A stretch of DNA of 54,687 bases, the filler included, from Sphacelaria rigidula (taxonomy: Eukaryota), in the NCBI GenBank assembly GCA_964200075.2. It is 2 parts of 2 records of this genome, joined end to end, with 100 filler letters (N's around TTAATTAATTAA, not from the genome) between each part and the next. Parts side by side here need not be neighbours in the genome. Positions count along the whole stretch, not along the records: positions 27,398 to 54,687 come from CAXNAA020000120.1; 1 more part is not named here. One strand, given 5' to 3'. Positions 44,202 to 54,687 of this stretch are shown here, piece after piece (position 1 is the stretch's first letter; each line of letters opens with the position of its first letter). The notes under the pieces are model-generated. The model did not search any database, was not told where the DNA came from, and worked only from the letters and a program-made list of their open reading frames with translations. A program made the position numbers and the translations under genes.

Positions 44202-46894
44202 GTAAGAGAAACTTGGTTACAAAATTTGTACAAATACCGGTGTTGGATTTATGGACAACAGTCGCATGTAGGCAGTGACGTGTTGTTTTTCATACCAGCT
44301 TGTCTGTGTTTCCTTGCCTCACATGACAAAACGTTAAACGCAGTCAACAGGTGACTATTTCTGTAAGCGATACGACGAATGTATGCTACTCTATCGTTCC
44401 TTCTGCAGCACTTCTACCTCGCCGATGTGCCTCTCACTAGTGACATTGTCGAACAGACGGGCGAGATATCCTTTCCGACCTGTCCACTGGTACCTAGCAA
44501 AGTCGAGTACGCATGCGAAACGTCTCATTTTGAAGTGTTGAGATTCGCAGCGATTGTCCTTCATGTGGTGGGAAATTCGCATATCGGGAAACGGCAGATG
44601 AAGGAGACAAACACCAAGAGTGCTGCGGATCACCTGTGTCGCCAGTGTACCACCCTGCTCGGCGAGGATAGGAGGTAGCTCACAATTTCGCAGTGCACGG
44701 ACGAGAGGGGTCGTTATCCTGTTATTGAAGATGGGGCGACGAGTTCAACTCCGGGCGTCCACGGCGGGTCCGTGACCTAACTCATCTCCTCACCCAGCAA
44801 GATCTTGGGTTGTACAACGCCTCGGGTCCCACATATCTTGTCTTGCATATCGCTTCACTCGGTCTTGTGGACCCTTCATCGAAAGGCCGCTGCCTTGAGG
44901 GTCCTGCGGCGTGATGTCTCTCTCTCTCCCACAAATGATTGCTCAGTACTCCTGCCCATTCTCTCCGAGCTCCTCGTCTCGCCTCGTCCACACCGCCTCC
45001 GTCCGGCCGAATTTCCCGCCGTACATGGACCCAACATTCTCTTGCCGAACCGCCGCCGTTCTCTTGTCTACGAAATTCAGAAGGTGTACCTCGAAGGCGG
45101 GGGAAAGGTTTACACCTGCGCGTGCTGCCGTGCACACCTCGCCACGCGTGACCACGTTGTCTCAGAGGTATGAAGGTGTAAATAGTCGATGTCTGTGATT
45201 TGTATATTTTTTGCCCTGGTTGCAACTGATTGGCTCTGGAAGTTTCGATTCCGGTAAAATTTAGACCTATTAAATCGTTAGTCGCCGGGATTAAGAGAGG
45301 TGGCACATCTGTCGGTTCTTGCTCACATCCAAGAATATTTCAAGCCCGATTTTGGCGAGAGGAGGGAGGAGGGGGGGAGGGGTGCTCAAATTCCTAGTAG
45401 TTGGGCGGGCGGCCAGACGTGAGCAGACCTCTGCAGCTGAAGTTGGTTCACGTGTTGAGAGTATGTGACTGGACTTCGTAGCAATTATGTTCACCATTTT
45501 CGAGAAATGGATACGAACTAACTGCGGCTCAGAAAGACCGACCTAATGTGGTGATTCAAAATCATGAGTGAGGTGAGTGGTTTGTGGAGCTTCCTGGAGA
45601 CCGCGCCATACCCTACTGGAACTGGGTAGGAAAAACACGTAAATAATCTATAGCCAGTTTTTCTGTGCGCTCTGCATCACTCTTCTGCAACTTGAATATA
45701 GCTGCTTGCAATGGCCTTGAGTCTGCTCGTGGCCAAAGGAGCGGGGGGCTAAAGTGAACGATGTGCCACCCCTTGCTCCAACGATAATCAAGGATGCCAT
45801 TCTGATCTCCTTTATCTTTCAATCTTTTCTCCGAATCAGGCGTTCGGCAGTGAGGGTCCATGTATGCCATGTCAAAGTTTTCTGGCTCCACTTCAGAGTA
45901 GGGAATCAATCCCTTGCAGAAGAGAGGGCCTCAACGCCTTTCCAGCCGGAGGCTTCATGTGCGTCGGCGTGTTTGAAGAAGTTTACCCCGCGGCCTGGTT
46001 TCGGCCTCCCCCTAAAAAGAGCCGTGTCATCCTCCGCTGCCCCTCGTTATCTCCGCCGTTCGATGTCGAATGTCTGATTTTCGTCCAGTGCTTCCATGGG
46101 CACGGCGGGCGGGCGTTTTTGTTCGAGCGCTGCGCGAATGTGAGCGCAGGCAAGCCCGAAAATCGCATGCTGATGACCGGCATGCATGTTGTCGCTGACA
46201 TAAAGTGCACCAGCTGTGGAGCCGAGCTGGGATGGAAATACGTGAGTATCGTGGTGAAAAATCACTCGGTTATCCCCTGCGTGGAAACGTACGCCCCTTT
46301 CGATTCACGACACATTCCGCGAAGCCTCCTCCGAAAGCAATATTTTCTCAAGCCATTGATTTGCCAAGAAATTTACGGGCGGTCGACACCGTCTGAAACC
46401 CCCGGTAAACAACAAAAAATGGTCAAGTATCTAAGGGCCATTGAAGAGTAGGTCCGGTCTACCCGAAGGCGTTGCCGCTTGCGCATTTTTTAAGGAGCAC
46501 GTCTATTTTATAAATCTTCCGTGCCCGCAACCTGATGATCTCCCGGGCGTTTGCAGTGCCAGAGTCTGCTTGCTATACAGCCTTCCGCCCGGACAAACGA
46601 AACCATTTATCCATGCGACCGACTCACACCCCGCAGGACTCGGCTGCGGACGCGGGTCAGAAGTACAAAGAGGGAAAGTTCATCCTGGAGCGGTGCGCGG
46701 TGACCCTCGAGGGCTGTGATGGCGACGGTTACTCCGACGGTTTCAGTGGCCGCCCCTCGTCGCGGACTGACAACCGTTATGGTTACGGTTACGGGCCGGA
46801 GTACGGGTCCGACGGGTGCGGTTCCAGATCCGGCGGCGGTTTTGTCGCCTGGGGCGCCGACCACGCTCCAACCGCGAGCGGCGGTCATTGGTGA
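43320..46894 (+). CDS. YPEL: Yippee-like (YPEL) zinc-binding protein with a long Ser/Ala/Arg-rich N-terminal extension, about 524 aa; exons 43320-44201, 44886-45167, 46089-46241, 46637-46894
   Basis: The spliced domain KVYLEGGGKVYTCACCRAHLATRDHVVSE-CFHGHGGRAFLFERCANV...[42 protein letters not shown] matches the Yippee signature (two CxxC, GRAxLF, TGxHxVAD, LGWKY, [11 protein letters not shown]). All junctions are phase 0. Exon 1 and the exon 2 acceptor are less certain. Confidence 0.88.
44886..45167 (+). CDS. YPEL exon 2 (ends in the first CxxC, CACC)
   Basis: GAG|GTATGA donor. Acceptor at gaaAG chosen for phase compatibility with exon 1. Confidence 0.8.
46089..46241 (+). CDS. YPEL exon 3
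   Basis: gtccAG acceptor, GTGAGT donor, 153 nt, GRAFLF...LGWKY. Confidence 0.93.
46637..46894 (+). CDS. YPEL exon 4
   Basis: ccgcAG acceptor, [11 protein letters not shown], Gly/Tyr-rich tail, TGA stop. Confidence 0.9.
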   Translation, partial: [85 protein letters not shown]

Positions 46895-49800
46895 TCCAGA
46901 TTCGGAAGAGAACTGCCGCGTGCACTCTTGATCGAGGAATAAACGATTCACTTGGCGTCTTGAGAGACAAAAACAGCAAGTTCGTTTTTTTTTTCCAATA
47001 TTTTCCTCCCTTCTCGAGAGAAACCGTGAAGCCCATCGTCGTTGCTATTTTGGTCCGTGCAGCGTGATTTTTTTCTTTTTTTATCTTCTCAAAGGTTGTG
47101 TTGTACCACGAGCGAACTAAGTGCATGTGACCGCTGTAATTATTATTCGGCCCACTTGAGGTCGCCATCTGTTGGCTCAATCCATCCGGGATCATGTACA
47201 AAGCCTTGCCTCTGTTTTTTTTTTGCAAACCCGATACTTTTTGAGTGTTGATATTGCTCCCCCCCTCCCCCCCGCGAGTCTCGCAGTTTTAGTTGCGTGT
47301 ACTTGTAGGGCATTGGGCAACGAAACCGGTTGTGTTGCTCTGCACGGCCCTTCGCGCCGGCATTTCGTCTACGCCGTTTTTTAGTTTGGTTGTTTATTTT
47401 CATTTCCATATTTGCTCTTTTAATTGCACTTGTGCGCATCGTAAGTGAAAGGGATGGTTACGTGTGGACGCAATTTGTGTTTTGTTTCATGTATTTCCCT
47501 CCGGCGCTTATTTTGGCCGCGGGTAGTATGGTATGAAAAGGGTCCCTAAATATGGTGGACGATGACAAAATGACTTTTATTTTTCGCTTTTAGTTGGTAT
47601 GCGGGGGTTCTACCGTGAACACGTTTTGAGCCCTCTACCCCCATTCCCTCCTCTCGATGATGGCCATTTTCAGAGGTGGGGTTGTACAGTTAGGTATGGG
47701 TATTTTAACCTGTTCGGTCCCCATGCGACGTCAATGATGTATTTTGTGTTTTTTTATCTGGGCTATGGAGGAACCAGGTGAAGTCTAAAGTGTCCCAACC
47801 TGTATACCCTCTTTCAGACGCTTCGCACTTGAATCACTTGTGGCAGTGTGCTTGGAGGTACGGGGGGTGAAAAAGTGAGGCTGGGGCGGGGCATGAGGTG
47901 TATTCGTTGGGATTATGTTGTATCAGGAAGTGGTTCATGTTTTTTTTCGTGTGTCCGTCTCCTGTTGAGGCAGGAGGATTTCGCACGTGTTTGTGCCAAG
48001 CATGTTGCGCGCCTTCCCCTCTCTCGACGCGCTGCATGCAGATATTAGATGCGGGTTTGGCACTCCGGACACAAAGCAGTATGTGCTACGTGACCGCATA
48101 ATGATGTTGGCATGATGTAAATTTTCATGTTCGTGTTCGTGTGTTTCGGTGAAGGTTGCTCGGGGAAAGATTGAGGGGGTAGGGGCGAATGCCATGCTCC
48201 GAAGCCGCGTACAGTATGCAGTGCTCTTGTCGGCAATAAGCAGATGGAGTAGAAGACCATGTGGGATTCACAGTAAAAGCTTCGTTTTCCGTTGCGCCCT
48301 GTTTGATTTTTTGTCCAGTAATGTCGACAGTTTAGCACAGGTATATAATGGTATACGTCCGCCCGCGAGTTGTTCTTGCCTTTTTCCTTTCCTTCGCAGG
48401 AGATGTCCTTTGTTTATAGTTCATGTCTATAGTATCCAGTGGTGATTTTTATATGTACGTAAAGATACATGTGTATCATAAGAGGAGAGTGGGTAGATGA
48501 TGACTCATGATACGTCGGCTGCAGCACAAAAATCCGCGCGAGTTTATGTGGACGTTTTTTTTTGTTGCAAAATCCACGTGTTATCGTCAGCCCACAAAAA
48601 CAAATCAAGATTTTCCGCCAAAGCGTGACCGCCCCCCCGAGTGGTGCTGGTGCTCGCGGCAGTTGCTTTCTTCATTCGTAGGAATGAAATGGACGAAGAA
48701 GCGGAAGGGGATGGCGGGGGGCGGGGGTTGCCGTTAGGAGGCTTGCGCAGGGAGGGGGTTGGTTCATGTGGTAAGCAAGTCATGGTATGATGTCGGACAT
48801 GCAGCTGCGTGTTGACTGTGTCTGTGCGTGGCATGATAAATTATGACAGCTTGCCCATCTTAGACTACCGGTAAGGCGCAGATATCCCGAAGGGTAGGGG
48901 GGGGGGGGGTCGGAGGTTGACGCCATGATTGTCGCTACCCCGTTCTCGTCGGTACGGCAGTCCGATGTCACAGGATGTAGCCGCGGAGTGATATGTCTTT
49001 TTTTTGGTTTGTGTATACGTGGCTTGACCAACCACAGGGCGGTGAGTTTTATCATGGAACATCAGTCATATTAGAAAAGGGGAAGGGAAGGACTGGCATA
49101 GAGAGAGCCGTCACCAGATGCTCTTCGCCGCGAGTGCAGCTTGTCACGGAACACGCGCTCGTTTTTGTCAAAATTGAGTGCTGTATCTGTATCATAAAAA
49201 CGTGTAACGGAAGGCGGAGAAATTCGAAGCGTGTCCGGCATGAAAGATGCGCGGTTATTATCGCAGATGTCTCGTGGCCTTTTTCAAAATCAGAGTGTCC
49301 GGAATCTTCATGGAATTGTTGTGCAGAGTATTTTATGTGGCGCAACGTCGTGTGACGTTCGCGGCCGTACCGTGGGCTCAATCGCGGTGGTTACTTAATT
49401 ATTTTAGGCTTCAACCGTAGCAGTAAGGTGTACATCATGATGAATGAACGATTGCTGATCGAGCAATTATACTTATATTCTGATCAGCGCTAGATTCCTG
49501 GTGCCTCTTTTCCCCCCTCCCGCCCTATCTGGCTCCCTTTTCCTTCTCCGCCTTTCTCCTTCCCTGACGCTATTCTTGCCCGTGTAGCGATGCGGACAAC
49601 TTGTGGCGAAACGAAACATGTCGCCGAACGCCCGCATTATGGGCTGCATCCATCGCCGGTGAACGTGGTGGTGAAATTACCACTTACTTTCTCTGACTCC
49701 GACAATACACTGGGTCAATTCCACCCAACAATATTATGGAAAGAACAGTCGCTGTAGCTGTGAAGATCGATAGCACCTGCTTCATTCCAGGATGGTGTGC

Positions 49801-50469
49801 ACGAGTGCCGGGAATGGAATTTCGACGTCTGGGCACCAGTGCCTGTCAGAATTTTCATGTCCTGATTTCTCTCCTAAGTTGCATCATGACATTTCGATAT
49901 CGGGGTCGTTGCCATCGATAGCAGCACTCGACTCACTCCGTAGCTGGAATGAACATTGGTGCTCCAAACCCACGACGCTGCAATTTTCGGGGCCAGTTTC
50001 TCGGCGCAATGATCTGCCCTAGTCCCACGCTTCAATCAACGGATCTTAGCTCCATCGTGACAGCTGCACGTGGAAAACTGTCGCTGCTGTTGACAACGCG
50101 TGCTTGAATTGATGATTTTGTTCTCGAAGCACACAACATACCATAAACATGCTTACCAACGGTATGTCTCAACATCCCAGTGTGGTTATTACGTCATGTT
50201 CGGCGTCAGTTCGTTCAACCCTGCGTCCACCCAGGTTGTATACATCTGTTGGATCTGCGTCCGTGTCCCTTGGAAGATGACTGTCAGTCGATCTGCAGGC
50301 GCTTGAAGGGTTGAACTCGATTTTATCTTGACGCGCCACATTGAAATTGCTGGGATCCGTAACAGTCGCTTCAATCGACCACAGAAATGGGCATTACTGG
50401 CGGACACGATTGGGTCAAGATTTGTTTTGGCGTCTCAGCACATTTTTTCAACGAACCATATTCTTCGCC

Positions 50470-52880
50470 GTCTAATTAGCATATATCCCGGCATCCCCGC
50501 GATTCAGGGCGCCGGAGCTATCGCGGTCCATGGCACTTGCTTCAACCCATGGTGAGAGATGGATGGTGCTCGAAGCCACGCAACCGCACGGAATTGAATC
50601 AAATTCAGTGTAAGGATGCATGTTTGTGACCGCCGTGAACGGCTCAAGTAGCACTTGGCTACGGGTCCGGTGTTTTCGACTGCTAGTGGGAAAGCAAAAA
50701 TGAACTCGGTCGCCCTGTCTACCACCATCAACAAGTATCTGCTCTCCACAGTGGAGATCTGCTTCATGTCGGATATATCCATTTCTATCACTTCCCATGG
50801 TGGCAAGAACCTAGCCGGTCGCATGGCTGTTGTGTGGGTATTAGGGCGCTTACGCCGACGGCAACTGTAAGACAGTACATACTTGCGATTATCAGCAAAG
50901 AGGCTGAGCCTCTCATAGCGTGCCCTGACCAACGCAGTGTTCTCATCACCCCAGCATGCCCGTACGTTATGTGCACTAATGCCGGCAAGCCGGACACCAA
51001 ACTGCGTGGAACAGCCAGTTTAGCTGGTGCTCTGGGTGATGTATACAGGGTAAGGTCATCACCATCTAGCCAATACGTTTCCTGCTCCTGATTAGTCTTC
51101 TCGCTTTGACCCCTCTGAAGTATGGTATCTTTGGTAGGCCCAAGCCGTGATTCACGTTCCTGGAGCTGCGCTAGCCGCGACTTTTCCAACAGAATCACTC
51201 TCGCCTGACTTAAACCTGTTCTTCTGGTCCACTGCCATCTCGCAGTTGTGACCCCTGGAACAAAACGTCGTCGTTAACATCGCCTCGACCAAATTCCTGG
51301 CTGGAATATCGAGTCGACGAACTGGTAACGGCAAGTCCATTATCTTCCTGCACATTCGCTCCGTCTTGTGACCACAGCGCTGCGAGTGTTTGGACCTTCA
51401 TTCGCGCCATTCCGAACCTGGATCTAGCTCAACAAACCTGCAGCCTCCACACTGACCAGAACCGCCTTCATCATCCTACAATCTTCGGCATTGCATCGTC
51501 ATCACAGGAAGGTTTATTGTAACAGTCGAGAGTCGTAGCCACCTTCACGAAACCGACACTCTCCGGTTCCCATCCCCCCGCGTCGGCCGTGTGAGGCGTG
51601 AATTCCTCGCGTTTTGGTTTCCTCTCGACAAGCGAGACGGACACATCGCAGGTGTTTGTTTCTCAAACGTGTGAGTCGATTTGCCTTGTCCCGTCGTCGG
51701 CTCCAAAAAGTAGGTCTTCCCTGTCCGGCCCGACAGATATCCCAACGTGGGACAGGAGATTGCGTACGCTTCAAGACGCCGCTTCCACGCTCGCTGTTGC
51801 ACATCCCGTCCACATCTAGCTTTCACTGGGACTGCGTAGGTCAGTTTCTTCCGATAAGGTGTGTCCACCTGTACGGCCGAGACGGAAGCTCGCTCTGTGA
51901 GACAACCGGCTCCGCTCAACAACGGAACAATGAGCTCCCCCTAGCTAGAAGAGTTCACCATCACAGCAGTCCGTTCCAGGATCAACGTTGTCACAGAAGC
52001 TGAAGAGATGAATGACTCGACGAACTCCTTGGTGGCAATGGTCATCTCTGACATCTGAATGTTTCGATTGTGTGACACAACTCGACTCACGTCTCCTACC
52101 AGTTCCTCTGGTTGCAATTCGTCCATCAAATTGTGGAAAGAACCCCGTTCCGGAATGGTGCGCACCAACCGTTCACCTCTCCCGGTCTGATTCACCTTGA
52201 CATAACCCAAAGCTTTCTAATCCGCATCAGCGACTGCCAAAACTCCTGAGAAATCTTCGGCAGCTGAAATGATTCCACCGCCTTCGAGAGATCCACTCCC
52301 CTGGACCCAGGCATGTCTTCCTCACGCACCTCCGACGACTTGAGCAGTGGTTGTGGGTGGGTCGACACAGTCTCATCGTCCCTCAACGTTGACTTTAGGG
52401 TTTTGCCAGAACCGGGGACGAACAGACTCCGTAAGCGCTATCGATCCTGGATAGTAACGGCCACTACTTTGGTTACTACTCTGCCCTACGCAAGAGATGA
52501 GAACTCTTCGTAGTATTGACTATTTTGGATACAATCGACAACTGAGGGTCCCACCATCGTACTCCTCTAGCAGCACCGACCTGCGTCTCTCGATCCAAAT
52601 CGAACGCAGTCCGAGGTTCGACCAGCACGAGTTGTCGTTCCTGAGGCTGGGGCCCCTACACGTAACCTGGGACTGGCTTATTTACGAAGCCTTCTAACCG
52701 TGCGTCCTCGGTCAAGGACAACAAATACTGAAGAGTAGCGTCGTCTTCCCATGCAACTCCAAGGTCTCTCCAAACTCCATCCCACCATGCTGCCAGGTCA
52801 CTTTCGCCCGTCAAAATACTCGTGGGATCCTCACTGGACACGTGCGGCTTGACAGCACAGAAGAGAGTCCACGCCACCAT
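50470..52880 (-). mobile_element. Decayed Ty3/gypsy-type retroelement remnant (integrase plus upstream gag/protease-like region)
   Basis: LAVPRSLV...LVHITYGHAGV...SCRRRK (HHCC finger remnant) and PWEVIEMD...YLLMVVDRATEFIFAFPL (integrase core). RT/RNase H not seen; the upstream assignment is tentative. Confidence 0.75.
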
Positions 52881-53681
52881 GGCTCCTTGGTTGCTGGGGG
52901 AGGGGTATGAATAACCTCGTGTCCTGGGGAAACGTTAGACACAAACCTTACCCACGGTGCGTCTGGTGAAGACCGAAATCCTGCTTGCTCTTCGAATGAT
53001 AGAATGATGTTGATCCTCCTGATAAAACGGGCCCTCGAAAGAAACCATACGGTAACCTGTCAACCATCCCGGCCCATATTTTCGTATTTTCCGTCGGTCC
53101 TGTGGGTGAAATCGAATGGGAATCGTCGTGGAACTTACGACCCTCATAGGAGGCCCCTTACTGCTGTTGGGGTTGGCGGCCTTCAGGAATCCTGTTCCCT
53201 GTTGATGCAACCTAGCTGCCACACACCCCAGGAAAAAAACGCCTTTCACCAACTTCTCGATGCGTAGCTTGTTCGTAGGATGGCCTGGGGTAGTCAGTAA
53301 GATACACCTTGTCAGGATAAGGTACAATAGTCCAGTGACATACCTGTTTGAGTTCCGGGTACTACACGGGATGACTTTATATTGTGATGTTAGTGACTGG
53401 ACATACGTGAGTGGTGCTTGCCGCATCTTGAGATCTTGGCCCCTACTGGGGTCATTCTCCCTCCTTCCCTTTCATCCAACAAAGCTTTATATACATTTCT
53501 ACCTCATCTTGATCGGCAGTCAGCCGTGTCGATTAATCGACTACAGTATCACAATCGTGCCAATTGATCGACTATCTCAGTCGAGTCTGCACCCCATGCT
53601 CTCACGTGGTCACGAAGCTACAAACACTCGAACACTCTAGAGCCTCTACCCAACTTGGGAGCTTTGTGGCCAAGGTGAACG

Positions 53682-54518
53682 ATGACAGCCTGGAGCACCA
53701 CGGAGGAACACTCGGCCGTCGTGGGAGACACATCGTCTCCAACGGAAATGCTGGAGGTAAAAGAGAACGCAACCAGTCTGCAAGAATTAATGGCGGATAT
53801 CATCGAGCAGCTGGCGGAGCTCAAGACGATGATGGTGTCCCAATTAGTGCGCGGGACTTCGTCCACTGGCCCTGGAACGGCAGCGGACGGGGAGGGAGAG
53901 TCAGGCGACGGGAGGCACACCGTCGCCGGTACCGGAACAGGGAGGGTCCGGTCACCACACGGTGGAGGGATTGTATCAGGCCCTCTCCGAGGATCCACGG
54001 GCGATGGATCAGCCCAAGTAAGTGTGAACGAGGGGTCCCCGGCGTCCTACCCTCATCTCGGCGTGAAGAGTTATTTTCGTGTTGATGAAAAATTCGATGG
54101 TCAAGAGGGAAAGTGGCCGTTGTTTCGTGATGATTTCCTGACACAAGTCAGTGCCGCAGGTTTTATGAGCGCCTTACAAGACACGCAAAATATTCAAGTT
54201 CACGATGCTAGTAACGAGGATTTGGTTAACCAAGGATTAGCACCGAAGGAAATACAGATGTACAGACTCTTGTGGGCGGGACTGGTGAGCTCGATAAACG
54301 ATAAGCATGCAAAGCAAACCGTTTACTCCTGTAAGGGACCATCTGTGGCGTAGCGAGCGCTAGAAGAGTATTATGCGCCGTTGACTGGTGGTGAACAGAT
54401 CTCGTTGGTTGCGAAATTTTTCCATATAACACAGGAAACTGGCCAGGACCCCCACGAATATTGGCAATATTATCAGAACGTTATTGTGTCACTGGAAACG
54501 GCTCTTGTGACGGTTTAA
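53682..54518 (+). mobile_element. Ty1/copia-type gag, disabled (in-frame TAG at 54351) and truncated
   Basis: KFDGQEGKWPLFRDDF...LWAGLVSSI...PSVA*RALEEYYAP...QETGQDPHEYW resembles copia gag (UBN2-type); the stop falls at the usual Trp. Confidence 0.75.
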
Positions 54519-54595
54519 GAGACAACCGACTAGACTACTGACAAGTCAGCGCTGACTGGTCAGTAGTCTAGTTGGTTGTCTCTTAAACCGTCACA
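54506..54595. repeat. Near-perfect 90-bp palindrome
   Basis: tgtgacggtttaagagacaaccgactagactactgac...gtcagtagtctagttggttgtctcttaaaccgtcaca, centred on agtcagc|gctgact. Confidence 0.95.
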
Positions 54596-54687
54596 CAAAC
54601 CATCACAAAAGTTAGTCGCTGGTTCGATTCCCGTCGGACGCACTTTCTTTGAATAAAAAAAGAGGAGAAAAAACCTCTGGTGAAAAA

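Noticed and set aside
45613..45909. Protein-like minus-strand ORF in YPEL intron 2
   Set aside because: No family motif recognised and no supporting splice structure; possibly a decayed element.
49437..49483. C/D box snoRNA (ATGATGA...CTGA)
   Set aside because: Too short, with no terminal stem and no recognisable guide sequence.
1..54687. Fanzor/TnpB, endogenous phaeovirus genes or another RNA-guided system
   Set aside because: No RuvC motifs, viral hallmark genes or intronless gene clusters were seen by eye. A profile search could still detect highly decayed remnants.

Overview
Eukaryotic nuclear DNA, most likely from a brown alga (Phaeophyceae). This is inferred from short GT-AG exons in long introns, a bipartite plastid-targeting presequence, and abundant LINE/SINE/MITE remnants. 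A 100-nt artificial linker (44 N + TTAATTAATTAA + 44 N, 27298-27397) joins two contigs that may not be truly adjacent. The left contig holds six minus-strand exons from the C-terminal half of an anoctamin/TMEM16 gene (ANO10-like). Its 13.3-kb intron contains nested elements: an RTEX-like LINE interrupted by two SINEs and a 2.85-kb TIR element, an RTE LINE interrupted by a 422-bp foldback, and a 63-bp tandem array. The right contig holds a complete five-exon thylakoid-lumen pentapeptide-repeat gene (TL17-like, minus) head-to-head with a four-exon Yippee/YPEL gene (plus) that has a long low-complexity N-terminus. It also contains MITEs, a hAT-like element, SINEs, a decayed Ty3/gypsy remnant and a Ty1/copia-type gag. 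I found no CRISPR array, Fanzor/TnpB, viral gene or intact autonomous element. The best leads are an Asn-to-Arg change at a Ca2+-site position of the anoctamin, a dispersed module carrying telomere-like (CCCTAA)n repeats, several long hairpins, and a 3' tail shared by different short elements. All alignments were made by eye.
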